Assembly: GCA_947589515.1 (NCBI GenBank)
Contig: CANQBE010000002.1
Coordinates: forward strand, 114-64,113
Direction of reading: 5' to 3'
Length of the DNA stretch: 64,000 bases
Origin: an uncultured Bacilli bacterium
Lineage (GTDB): Bacteria; Bacillota_I; Bacilli_A; RF39; UBA660
Shown piece by piece: positions 41,581-51,418 of this stretch (positions are counted from its first letter, which is position 1; each line of letters opens with the position of its first letter). The position numbers and the translations under genes are program-made. Under the pieces are notes generated by a model. That model did no database searches, was not told the origin of the DNA, and saw only the letters and a program-made list of their open reading frames with translations.

Positions 41581-43961
41581 TATTTATCTCTAACTCTAGC
41601 CATTAATTTATTTTCAACGACAACAATGATACGATTAAAAATTTCCATAACTTCTTCTTCATTTAATGTTCTAGTAGCATCTTCAAAAACCAAGGAGAAA
41701 GCAATACTTCGTTCATCATCACCTATTTTATCGCCTTCATAAACATCGAAAATAGAAATATCTTTTAGAAGTTTGCCACCTTCTTTTTTAATTTCTTTCA
41801 TCAAATCAGAAGCGGATACTTTCTTATTTACGACAAAGGCAACATCTTTTGTAATTCCAGGAAATTTAGAAATTTCTTTATATTGCATATTCTTTGTACG
41901 GAAACTAAATAACTGATCTAAATCGATTTCTAATACATAGATATCATCCTTTACAATGCTAGGATGAATCTTACCCATAATACCAATCTTAGTATCATTT
42001 AACAGGATAGAAGCACTCTGTCCAGGATGAAGTTCATTAGGCAAATCTTGTACTTGTAAACGATAACGATTTTGATATCCTAAATAATCAAGTAATTCTT
42101 CTAAGATTCCCTTTAAAATGTAAAAATCTACTTTTTTAGGATGTAATCCTAAGGTATAAGTACCAGTCATCAAAATAGCTAAATGATTGGCTTCTTGATA
42201 CTGATCTTCTACTTTTCCAAAACTTTTACCAATTTCATAAATACAAATATCTTTATGACCACGAGCTTTATTATATTCATAAATACTAACTAAAGAAGGA
42301 ATTAAACTATGGCGAAGTGTATTTCTATCTTCACTCATAGGATCTAATACTTTAATGATATCAAATTGATCTGTTGTATATTTTTTAGCATCCATTTCTG
42401 GAATTAAAGCATAACTTAGAGTTTCATTTAAACCAAGCATAGCAAGTTTATTACGAATCATACGATTGTTTTTATTAACCGTACCTGGTACTACAGGAAG
42501 AATCATTTGTTTTCCTTGAATATTATCAATACCATAGATTCTACCTACTTCTTCAATTAAATCTTCTAAAATAGAAATATCTGTTCTTCTAGTAGGAACC
42601 GTTACCAACAAACTGTCTTTGTCTTCTACAGAAAAACCTAAACGTTTAAAAATATCCAAAACAGTTTTTTTATCTAAAGTAATTCCTAATACTTGATTAA
42701 TTTTATCTAAGGTAATTGGAATTTGTTTTTCAGAAATATCCATATGATTATATTCTATCATACCACCAACAATAGTAGCATCGGCATATTTTTCTAGTAA
42801 GTGACAACTTCTTAAGATAGCCATATATGTGCGTTTTGGATCAAGTCCTTTTTCAAAACGAGTACTTGCTTCACTTCTTAAAATTTTCTTAGAAGTTTTA
42901 CGAATTAAAGTTGGATGAAAAATAGCAGATTCAATAATAATATCTTTGGTATCTTCTTCAATTTCTGTAGTAAGTCCTCCCATAACGCCTGCAAGTCCTA
43001 CAGCTTCTTTTTCTGTTGCAATCACGATATCTTGGTTAGATAAAATACGTTTTTGTTCATCCAAAGTAGTTAAAGTTTCGTTTTCATGAGCCATTCTAAC
43101 AATAATTTTATTACCTAGACGATTACTATCGTAATAATGAAGTGGTTGACCAGTTTCTAACATGACATAGTTACTAATATCAACGACATTATTAATTGGT
43201 CGAATACCAGATGCAATTAAACGATTTTTAATAAAATCTGGACTTTCTTTAATCGTTACATTTTTTACTTTTTTTACTAAAAATAATGGACAGTTTTCCG
43301 TTTGAATATCTAGAGAAAATTGTGTATGAATATCTTCCTTATTTTCTTGAAAACTTAAATCGATATCTTTTACTTTCTTATCATATAGGGCACCAATTTC
43401 ATAAGCCATTCCTAAAATACTTAATAAATCACCACGGTTAGAAGTAAGTTCAAAATCAATTACTTCATCATCCAATTTTAAATAAGAAATAGGATCTTCG
43501 CCAATAGGAGCATCTTGAGGAAGTTCATGAATTCCTGTAAAATCCTCTTCTTTTAAAAATTTATGTTCTAGTCCAAGTTCAGACATAGCACATAACATGC
43601 CACTAGATTCTTGTCCACGAATCATACCCTTTTTAATCGTTCCATCAGGAAGTTCAGCACCTACTAAAGCAACAATTACTTTTAATCCTTTTCTAACATT
43701 CGGAGCACCACAAACAATCTGTAAAATTTCTTTTCCAACATTAACTTTACATACATGTAAATGATCACTATCAGGATGAGGAAGACATTCTAATACTTCA
43801 CCGATTACTAAATTGGTAGCAGGAATTAATTTACTGCAGGAATCATATTCATTTCCAATACTAGTCATATCATCTGCTAATTGTTTGGTATCTACATCAA
43901 GATCGATATAGTCACTTAAAAATTTTCTACTTAATTTCATTTTCTTCATCCTTTCTATCAA
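41580..43961 (-). CDS. pheT: phenylalanine--tRNA ligase beta subunit
   Basis: 793 aa with a tRNA-binding N-terminus and B3/4, B5 and FDX-ACB domains in order; follows pheS. Confidence 0.9.
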   Translation of the reverse strand: MIERMKKMKLSRKFLSDYIDLDVDTKQLADDMTSIGNEYDSCSKLIPATNLVIGEVLECLPHPDSDHLHVCKVNVGKEILQIVCGAPNVRKGLKVIVALVGAELPDGTIKKGMIRGQESSGMLCAMSELGLEHKFLKEEDFTGIHELPQDAPIGEDPISYLKLDDEVIDFELTSNRGDLLSILGMAYEIGALYDKKVKDIDLSFQENKEDIHTQFSLDIQTENCPLFLVKKVKNVTIKESPDFIKNRLIASGIRPINNVVDISNYVMLETGQPLHYYDSNRLGNKIIVRMAHENETLTTLDEQKRILSNQDIVIATEKEAVGLAGVMGGLTTEIEEDTKDIIIESAIFHPTLIRKTSKKILRSEASTRFEKGLDPKRTYMAILRSCHLLEKYADATIVGGMIEYNHMDISEKQIPITLDKINQVLGITLDKKTVLDIFKRLGFSVEDKDSLLVTVPTRRTDISILEDLIEEVGRIYGIDNIQGKQMILPVVPGTVNKNNRMIRNKLAMLGLNETLSYALIPEMDAKKYTTDQFDIIKVLDPMSEDRNTLRHSLIPSLVSIYEYNKARGHKDICIYEIGKSFGKVEDQYQEANHLAILMTGTYTLGLHPKKVDFYILKGILEELLDYLGYQNRYRLQVQDLPNELHPGQSASILLNDTKIGIMGKIHPSIVKDDIYVLEIDLDQLFSFRTKNMQYKEISKFPGITKDVAFVVNKKVSASDLMKEIKKEGGKLLKDISIFDVYEGDKIGDDERSIAFSLVFEDATRTLNEEEVMEIFNRIIVVVENKLMARVRDK

Positions 43962-44979
43962 ATTGTTCTAAGAAACGAATGTCATTGGTGTATAAATAAC
44001 GAATATCAGGAATCGCATAACGAAACATCGCAAAACGATCAAGTCCAGTACCAAAAGCAAATCCTGTCCAAACTTCTGGATCATATCCACCCATTCTCAG
44101 TACATTAGGATGAACCATACCAGCTCCTAGTACTTCGATCCAACCGGTTTGTTTACATAAAGAACAGCCTTTACCACCACATTTGAAACAGCTAACATCA
44201 ACTTCTACACTAGGCTCTGTAAAAGGAAAGAAACTAGGACGGAAACGAACTTTTGTATTTTCTCCTAACATTTTTTTAGCAAATAACTCTAAAGTACCTT
44301 TTAAATCGGCTAAACTGACATTTTTATCGATGACTAATCCTTCCACTTGTCCAAATTGATGAGAGTGTGTAGCATCATCATCACGGCGGTATACTTTACC
44401 AGGGCAAATCATACGAATTGGCGTTTTTTCTTGATTTTTCTGCATCGTTCTTGCCTGTACACTAGATGTTTGAGTCCTGAGTAGATATTCAGAATCGATA
44501 TAGAAAGTATCTTGTGCATCTCGTGCAGGATGTCCAAGGGGTACATTTAAACGTTGAAAACAATTCTCATCCGTTTCTATTTCCGGTCCGTCTACAACAT
44601 CATATCCCATAGATACAAAGAAATCTTCAATATCTTCAATAATGCGATTAAATGGATGACGAGAACCTCTTTTGATTTTATCACTAGGTAAACTAATATC
44701 AATGGTATCTTTTTCTAATTTTTGATTTAATTCTTCCAATTCTAATTTTTTTTCAATGGTAGCAAGTTCTTCCGTAACATGTGTCCTAATTTCATTAGAA
44801 AGTTTTCCTACTTCTTTTCTTTCTTCAATTGATAATTCTTTCATGTTACTCGTTAATTCCGTAACAAGTCCTTTTTTTCCTAAATACTTAACTTTTAAAT
44901 CAGCAACTTCTTTCATAGAATGAGTATTTTTGATATCGGTTGTTAATTCTTCTTTGATGCTTTTGATTTTTTCGTTCAT
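43927..44979 (-). CDS. pheS: phenylalanine--tRNA ligase alpha subunit
   Basis: Class II aaRS motifs (FRPSFFPFTEPS, GWIEVLGAGMVHPNVL) and a length of 350 aa. Confidence 0.92.
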   Translation of the reverse strand: MNEKIKSIKEELTTDIKNTHSMKEVADLKVKYLGKKGLVTELTSNMKELSIEERKEVGKLSNEIRTHVTEELATIEKKLELEELNQKLEKDTIDISLPSDKIKRGSRHPFNRIIEDIEDFFVSMGYDVVDGPEIETDENCFQRLNVPLGHPARDAQDTFYIDSEYLLRTQTSSVQARTMQKNQEKTPIRMICPGKVYRRDDDATHSHQFGQVEGLVIDKNVSLADLKGTLELFAKKMLGENTKVRFRPSFFPFTEPSVEVDVSCFKCGGKGCSLCKQTGWIEVLGAGMVHPNVLRMGGYDPEVWTGFAFGTGLDRFAMFRYAIPDIRYLYTNDIRFLEQFDRKDEENEIK

Positions 44980-44989
44980 ATATATCCTC

Positions 44990-45290
44990 CTTTATTTTTC
45001 TGGAAAAGAAAAACGACTATTTGCCATAAGGGCGAAATAGTCGCGGTACCACCTTAATTATAGATTTCTCTATATCTTATCCTTCGTAACGAGAAGTATT
45101 CGTCCATAGAAACTCCTAAGGTGAATTCATAAGATTTTATTACCTGTTTTCACCAACCACAAGCTCTCTACTAATAAAATTTCTTATTACTATTTCTTAA
45201 TCACAGTCTTTTGCTTATCGACATAAATTATATAATAAATTTTAAATTTTGTAAATAAGTTAAACAAAAATATAAAATGACATTGGCTAA
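44990..45290 (-). promoter_or_regulatory. T-box riboswitch leader (Phe) upstream of pheST
   Basis: On the minus strand there is an AGAGA...GGTGAAAAC Stem-I base, the canonical T-box sequence AATTAAGGTGGTACCGCG (plus-strand reverse complement at 45043-45060), and an overlapping terminator GACTATTTGCC...GGCAAATAGTC followed by T-rich sequence. UUC is present in the leader. Confidence 0.8.
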
Positions 45291-45317
45291 CTGTTTTTTC
45301 TCTTCTAGCCATCTAAT

Positions 45318-46256
45318 CTATATCGTAGCAAGTAACATCTCAAATTCTATGAGTCCATTCGTTTCTCCTGATTTAATTTCCAAATCTAGTTTTGCTAGTC
45401 TAAATAAATATGCTAACAAAGTTTCTTCGCTATAACGATTAGATGCTTGCCTAGCTAATTTAATTGGATATTCGTGTACTTTTAATAATTTGCTCATATC
45501 TAAATCAGAATAGCGATCATGATATAAAATTTTTACCTGATAAATTAAACGAATTTTATTTGCTAATAAACGAATAATATTTACTACCTGTTCTCCATAT
45601 AAAAGAAAATTACGATATAGTTCGAAAGCATCTTTTTTATTACCAGTTAAAATACTATCCACTAAGTGAAAAATATTATCATCCATACTCTTCATCACAA
45701 TATCTTTAATATCTTGTTCCGTAATTTTCTTTTCTTCTAATCGATAGAGTTTTAATTTTTCAATTTCTTGCAGTACTCTTTCTATATCATTCTGACAGTA
45801 CTCTAACAATAATTTTTCACTAGGACTATCCATTTGATAATCTTCTAAATGTTGCTTGATAAGATCATGAATATTACGTTCTGATATTTTTTCAATGATA
45901 GTCATTTTTTTGCATAAAAGTGAAACTATTTTTTTTCTTTTATCTAAGGTATCATTCACTAAAATTAAAATATTGTCATCACTTGGAGATACAACATATT
46001 TTTCTAATTTTTCTAAATGATGTTCAACGGTTGATTTATTTTTTTCACTACCCAAAAAAGTAGCATGGTATCCTATAATAATCTTTTGTTTGGATAAAAA
46101 ATTATAAGTATCTAAATCTTCAATCAACTGATCAATGGGAACTTCTAACAAATCATACTGAATGACTTCGTAATCTTTCTTTTTCTTAAGAATTTCTGCT
46201 AATTGATAATCTAAAGTTACTTTATCATCCGTAATCATCAAAAACATCTGATTCAT
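45318..46256 (-). CDS. holA: DNA polymerase III delta subunit (HolA/YqeN-like)
   Basis: About 312 aa with an N-terminal Rossmann-like part and helical domains typical of the clamp-loader delta subunit; conserved position after alaS. Assignment from overall pattern and context. Confidence 0.6.
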   Translation of the reverse strand: MNQMFLMITDDKVTLDYQLAEILKKKKDYEVIQYDLLEVPIDQLIEDLDTYNFLSKQKIIIGYHATFLGSEKNKSTVEHHLEKLEKYVVSPSDDNILILVNDTLDKRKKIVSLLCKKMTIIEKISERNIHDLIKQHLEDYQMDSPSEKLLLEYCQNDIERVLQEIEKLKLYRLEEKKITEQDIKDIVMKSMDDNIFHLVDSILTGNKKDAFELYRNFLLYGEQVVNIIRLLANKIRLIYQVKILYHDRYSDLDMSKLLKVHEYPIKLARQASNRYSEETLLAYLFRLAKLDLEIKSGETNGLIEFEMLLATI

Positions 46257-46257
46257 A

Positions 46258-48930
46258 TTATATTTGTTCCTTGATAGATTCTAGCACTTCATCTAGTTTT
46301 GAAATATCTTTTCCAGCACCTTGAGCGAAAGTTTTACTTCCTCCACCATTTCCATTTAACTGACTAGTTACTTGTTTTATCATATCACCACTTGATAAAT
46401 GATCTAAATTATTTCTAGAAACCAAATGAACCTGATCTTTACTAACATTCGCAATTAAAATAAATCCTTGTCCCATCTGATTTAATAAACTATCAGCAAT
46501 TTCTTTTAAGATATTCATATCTTGATTTTCTACCTTTGTAATTAAATAATGGTAACCATTCTTTTCTTCTATCTTTGATTCATAACTAGATAAATCATCT
46601 AAAGCAATCTTTGCTTTCTCTTCTTTATATTTCTTTTCCAAATTTTTAACTTCATTCTGAACATATTCTAGTTCGTTTTTTTCAAAAATAATATCTTTAT
46701 AGCTTTTTGGCTCATCATTATTAATATCACATTCAAATTCTAAGATAATTCCTTCTTGTTTTGCTTGAGTAATAATATTTCTAGCCTTCATTAATAGTTT
46801 GATTTCTTCATCATGATAAGGCTTAATCGTATCTAACAAAATACCTTCTACATTTTCATTAGTACAAGCCTCAATTCGATAAACATTACTTCCCTTGGAT
46901 TCTACATTAAAAAACGTAAAGTTTTGAATTTCAGAGGTATTTTTAATATGTGTACCACCACAGAATTCTTTAGAATCTCCAATCGTAACTACACGAACCT
47001 TACTACCATATTTTTCACTGAATAAGGCCATAGCACCAGTCTTTTTAGCATCTTCAATATCCATAATTTCTGTTTTCGTATCAATATTCTGTTTTACATA
47101 GTCATTAATAAAATTTTCAACTTCAATGATTTTTTCATCGAATAATTTACCAGTATAAGTAAAATCAAAACGTAAAGAAGTATCATCTACATGACTACCA
47201 GCTTGATGAATTTGATCCGAAATTAAAGTACGAAGAGCATACTGTAGTATATGAACAGCAGAATGATTAGCCTCGATTTTTTTTCTTCGATCTTCATCTA
47301 CTGTAGATTTTACTTGATCATTAATCTGTACTTTACCATCTAAGATTTTAACCTTATGAAAATGTTGTCCATTAGGAGCTTTTTGCACATCAAGTACTCT
47401 TGCCTTAAAACGACCTGAGGTAATCATACCAGTATCACTAACTTGACCACCAGATTCTGCATAAAAGCAAGTTTTATCTAAAACTATGTATCCTTCTTTA
47501 TCTAAAGAACTAACAAATTTCTTTCCATTAAATAATCCAATTACTTTTCCTTTTTCGGTATAAGAATCATAGACAAATTCAGAAACTTTTTTAAATTTTA
47601 ACAAATCTTCATTTTGAATATTCATATTGGTTTCTTGCTTACGACTATTTTTAGCCAATTTTTTCTGTTTATCCATATATTGATCAAATTCTTTTTTAGA
47701 AGTAGTAAATCCTTTTTCTTCTAAATATTCTAAAGTTAATTCATATGGAAAACCATAAGTATCGTAAAGTTTAAATACTTCAAGTCCGGAAATAGTTTTA
47801 TCTTTTGCATTTTCCATTAATTCAAGTAATCTTCTTTCCCCACTAGCTAAAGTGTTATGGAATAGTTGTTCTTCTTCATAAATTAATGTTTCTACAACAC
47901 CTCTATTTTGAATTAATTCAGGATAACTTTCTCCCATAATATCACATACAGCCGCAACTAACTTATACATAAACGGTTCTGTTAATCCTATTTTTTTACC
48001 CATACGAACACTTCTTCTTAAAAGTCTTCGAAGTACATAACCTCTACCAGCATTTTCAAAGATAGCACCATCGGATAAAGCAACGGTAATAGTACGAATA
48101 TGATCTGCAATAATTTTAAAAGAAGATTCCCCATTATATAAAACACCGCTTAATTCTTCAATTGCTTGGATAATAGGAACAAATAAATCGGTATCAAAAT
48201 TAGAATCTACTCCTTGGAAAATACATGCCCATCTTTCAAGTCCGGCACCAGTATCAATATTTTTACTTGGAAGTTCTTGATAGTACTTACGTTCTACACC
48301 CTTTTTAGCATTGAATTGACTAAATACATTATTCCAAATTTCGACATAACGATCTTGTTCTTCATCATTCTGAAAGCGCATCAAAGCATCATGATTGGGA
48401 TCATATTTTTCTCCACGATCATAGAAAATCTCGGAATCTGGTCCACAAGGTCCTTCCCCTATTTCCCAAAAATTACCATCTAATTTCACAATATGATCTT
48501 CTATCATTCCTACTTCTACCCATTTTTGATAAGCATCGTCATCATCTGTATACACAGTAACAAATAATTTTTCCTTAGGAATCGCAAACCATTCGGGACT
48601 AGTTAAAAGTTCAAATGCATATTCAATTGCTTCATTCTTAAAATAATCACCAATAGAAAAGTTTCCCATCATTTCAAAGAAAGTTTGATGTCTAGAAGTT
48701 AATCCTACATTTTCAATATCGTTAGTACGAATACATTTTTGTACATTCACAATTCTTCTAGATTCTGGTACTTTGGTACCATCAAAATATTTTTTTAAAG
48801 GAGTAACGCCAGCATTAATCCAAAGTAAAGAATCATCATCCATAGGAATTAATGGTGCACTTTCCATTTTTTTATGACCTTTCTGTTCAAAAAAGTCATA
48901 CCACATATTTCTAATTTCTGTACTAGTCAT
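46258..48930 (-). CDS. alaS: alanine--tRNA ligase
   Basis: N-terminal WYDFFEQKGH...SAPLIP...NAGV class II core, HxxxH/CxxxH editing motifs (HSAVHIL..., CGGTH), and a C-terminal DHHA1-like domain. Confidence 0.93.
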   Translation of the reverse strand: MTSTEIRNMWYDFFEQKGHKKMESAPLIPMDDDSLLWINAGVTPLKKYFDGTKVPESRRIVNVQKCIRTNDIENVGLTSRHQTFFEMMGNFSIGDYFKNEAIEYAFELLTSPEWFAIPKEKLFVTVYTDDDDAYQKWVEVGMIEDHIVKLDGNFWEIGEGPCGPDSEIFYDRGEKYDPNHDALMRFQNDEEQDRYVEIWNNVFSQFNAKKGVERKYYQELPSKNIDTGAGLERWACIFQGVDSNFDTDLFVPIIQAIEELSGVLYNGESSFKIIADHIRTITVALSDGAIFENAGRGYVLRRLLRRSVRMGKKIGLTEPFMYKLVAAVCDIMGESYPELIQNRGVVETLIYEEEQLFHNTLASGERRLLELMENAKDKTISGLEVFKLYDTYGFPYELTLEYLEEKGFTTSKKEFDQYMDKQKKLAKNSRKQETNMNIQNEDLLKFKKVSEFVYDSYTEKGKVIGLFNGKKFVSSLDKEGYIVLDKTCFYAESGGQVSDTGMITSGRFKARVLDVQKAPNGQHFHKVKILDGKVQINDQVKSTVDEDRRKKIEANHSAVHILQYALRTLISDQIHQAGSHVDDTSLRFDFTYTGKLFDEKIIEVENFINDYVKQNIDTKTEIMDIEDAKKTGAMALFSEKYGSKVRVVTIGDSKEFCGGTHIKNTSEIQNFTFFNVESKGSNVYRIEACTNENVEGILLDTIKPYHDEEIKLLMKARNIITQAKQEGIILEFECDINNDEPKSYKDIIFEKNELEYVQNEVKNLEKKYKEEKAKIALDDLSSYESKIEEKNGYHYLITKVENQDMNILKEIADSLLNQMGQGFILIANVSKDQVHLVSRNNLDHLSSGDMIKQVTSQLNGNGGGSKTFAQGAGKDISKLDEVLESIKEQI

Positions 48931-49492
48931 GTTTCTCATTTTTTTCTACCTCACTATCTACTATCTGTATTATATCACTAGCTAACTGATTTAGGGAATA
49001 GTTAACTATCTCATAATCAAAATTTTTATAATGATCTAAAGCCAATTCTGTAATATGAGTCTGTTCTGTTGGTTCTAAGGGACTTGTGTAATGATCCATC
49101 GTCACATGAATACTAACGACATTAGGAAACCGCTTCTTCATTTCTTCTATTTCTAATGGTAAACGAATATCATTCACGACAAAAACTGAAAAATAATTAG
49201 ATAGAACTGTAATATCTTCAGTTAAGCGATCAATATGAAAATAATTTTTACCCATCTTTTCACGAATGATTTCTGTTCCCATTTGTTGAAGTAATGTTCT
49301 AGGTTTCGTTTCTTCTTTACCATCCCAACCAAAATAATCTTTTAAATAACCCTTTAAAGTCCTCATCATTTGAATTTCACATACAGCATATCCTCTTTTT
49401 TCATATTCTTGTTTAAAAAGATGACTAATTTCCCCTTTGCCAGTTCTTGCTTTTCCCCCAATTAAATAGACGATAATCTCTTTATTTTCCAT
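48923..49492 (-). CDS. deoxynucleoside monophosphate kinase-like P-loop protein (T4 gp1 family-like)
   Basis: VYLIGGKARTGKGE P-loop, KPRTLLQQMGTEIIRE, and THITELAL, co-linear with the T4 dNMP kinase motifs (LSGVKRSGKDT, RRLMQALGTD, THITEAGL). Overlaps the alaS start. Confidence 0.5.
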   Translation of the reverse strand: MENKEIIVYLIGGKARTGKGEISHLFKQEYEKRGYAVCEIQMMRTLKGYLKDYFGWDGKEETKPRTLLQQMGTEIIREKMGKNYFHIDRLTEDITVLSNYFSVFVVNDIRLPLEIEEMKKRFPNVVSIHVTMDHYTSPLEPTEQTHITELALDHYKNFDYEIVNYSLNQLASDIIQIVDSEVEKNEKHD

Positions 49493-49970
49493 ATTTTTTC
49501 CTTTCTAATTTCATTTTCACAAAATCCTGATAGCCACTTTTTTCTACCAAAGTAAAAGAAAATTTTTCATAAAAGGGAATGCATTCTTTCCGAGTAGTTA
49601 AAGTAAGAACTTTATATTGAGAACAAGATTCTATCAACTTTTTTACTAATCTAGTGCCAATACCTTGTTTCTGATATGTCTCCTGTACAAATAAAGAATT
49701 TAAATAACCATTTTTGTCAACAAAACCACACCCTATGATTTTCTCATCACAAAAGGCTACATAGACAATTGGTTTTTTCTGTAAATTTTCTTTAAAATAT
49801 TGAAAAAACATATCTCTGGTTTTTTGATGATATTTTTTAATATATAATTCTTGATATTCAGGATGCAAATTTAAAAATAATAGAATACCTTCACTTACTA
49901 AAAAATCCAATACTTTTCCTTGATCGATATCTTTCATTTTTTCTATTCTTATATTCATATTTATATTCAT
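49482..49970 (-). CDS. GNAT-family N-acetyltransferase
   Basis: Acetyl-CoA-binding motif QKQGIGTRLVKKL. The upstream part of the ORF-track ORF (to 50018) overlaps the T-box leader, so the start is uncertain. Confidence 0.6.
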   Translation of the reverse strand: MNINMNIRIEKMKDIDQGKVLDFLVSEGILLFLNLHPEYQELYIKKYHQKTRDMFFQYFKENLQKKPIVYVAFCDEKIIGCGFVDKNGYLNSLFVQETYQKQGIGTRLVKKLIESCSQYKVLTLTTRKECIPFYEKFSFTLVEKSGYQDFVKMKLERKKYGK

Positions 49971-49974
49971 CTCC

Positions 49975-50165
49975 ACAAGAAAAGACCTAACTAGGAGTAT
50001 CAACAGATACGGTACCATCCTAAATAGATCTTAATTGAAATAACGGAATTACCGGACTATTTTATAGTCACTCAAAAAGGAGCTTTCATATAATATTCTT
50101 CATTGTTTTCACCCACCACAATGTCTCTAAAAAGAATCTCATATTACTTTTCTTTTCTTATCGTT
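49975..50165 (-). promoter_or_regulatory. candidate T-box riboswitch leader (probably Ala) with a variant T-box sequence AGGATGGTACCGTA
   Basis: The minus strand reads AGAGACATTGTGGTGGGTGAAAACA, nearly identical to the pheS leader Stem-I base GAGAGCTTGTGGTTGGTGAAAACA. There is a GCU-containing loop (GAAAGCUCC) and TTTAGGATGGTACCGTATC, which is the T-box consensus AGGGTGGTACCGCG with two substitutions. It precedes an operon ending in alaS. Confidence 0.5.
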
Positions 50166-50168
50166 TTC

Positions 50169-51314
50169 TTAATTATCAGTGATTCTTTCCATAATGGAAT
50201 ATTTCTGATTAAAAAACTGAAAAATTGTTTTAAAAATAGAAATAATCGGAGTAGCAAGAATCATACCTAGTATACCAAAGAAACTTCCAAATATCAAGAG
50301 TCCTAACATAATGGTAACGGGATGAAGCTTCATCGTTTTTCCCATAACTACAGGTTGCAAGAAATAACTTTCTAATGTTTGTGCTAAAACAACCGCAATC
50401 AGAACAAATACACCTGTCATGGGACTAATAGATAAACCAACAATAACAGCTGGAGCACCACCAATATAAGGTCCAATATAAGGAATCACATTCGTAACAG
50501 CACAGAATAGTCCAAATACCATAGGGGCTTCCAAACCAGCAATAGATAACGCAATGGATTGAAAGATAAATAAAATAAACATAATGAGTAAAGTACCATT
50601 CACATAACTTTTTAAATTATTATTGAGTTGTTTTAATAAATAAACAGTATCTTTTTGATATTTTCTAGGAATCAAACTATATAAATGTGTTTTTACATTA
50701 TTAAAATCAAATAACATATAAAGTCCAACTAATAGTCCAATCAACAAATTAACTCCACCAGAAATAATGCTAGAAATTGCATTCATAATGGTAGTTGGTA
50801 AATCAACCGTTAAAGACTTACTTAAGTTGTTAATGCTATCATAAATACCTATTTTAATATCTGTAAAGTTGTAGTCACCTAGACGATTCAAATTATCGAA
50901 GAAACTATCAATATTATCTTTTAAATAATTAATAAAAGATGGGACTGACTGCGCTAAATCATTTAACTGATTGGTAATAGAAGGAACCATAAGTCTAATC
51001 AGTAAGTAGATAAAAGATAAAAAAATCACATATACAAAAATAGCACCCAATATTCTACTAACACCCTTGGTATTTAGATAAGTAACCAATGGATCAAATA
51101 ACCAAGCAATTAAAATACCAATAAATAATGGTGAAATAATCGTTAATAATTTTCCCATAAAAGGTAATATTTTCCAATCAGCTAACAATTTACTACAAAT
51201 AAAAATTAGCATCACAATCGATAAAATAAAGGCAATTTTTAGTATATTAACACCAATTCGAATTCCCTCATTTAATTTTCCATAATCAACAGCATCATTT
51301 TTTCTTTTTAGCAT
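50169..51314 (-). CDS. AI-2E family transporter (UPF0118/PerM-like)
   Basis: Eight TM helices and the conserved C-terminal segment LAQTLESYFLQPVVMGKTMKLHPV. Confidence 0.75.
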   Translation of the reverse strand: MLKRKNDAVDYGKLNEGIRIGVNILKIAFILSIVMLIFICSKLLADWKILPFMGKLLTIISPLFIGILIAWLFDPLVTYLNTKGVSRILGAIFVYVIFLSFIYLLIRLMVPSITNQLNDLAQSVPSFINYLKDNIDSFFDNLNRLGDYNFTDIKIGIYDSINNLSKSLTVDLPTTIMNAISSIISGGVNLLIGLLVGLYMLFDFNNVKTHLYSLIPRKYQKDTVYLLKQLNNNLKSYVNGTLLIMFILFIFQSIALSIAGLEAPMVFGLFCAVTNVIPYIGPYIGGAPAVIVGLSISPMTGVFVLIAVVLAQTLESYFLQPVVMGKTMKLHPVTIMLGLLIFGSFFGILGMILATPIISIFKTIFQFFNQKYSIMERITDN

Positions 51315-51418
51315 AATATCCCTACCTATCTATATTAATAATATAACACAAAATGATATTCTATACTAGCCTTTTTCCTAAAATTGGAAAGAAACCATGG
51401 ATTTATTATAGATATGAA

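Noticed and set aside
48214-48483. 89-aa plus-strand ORF inside alaS
   Set aside because: Antisense to a conserved aaRS gene.
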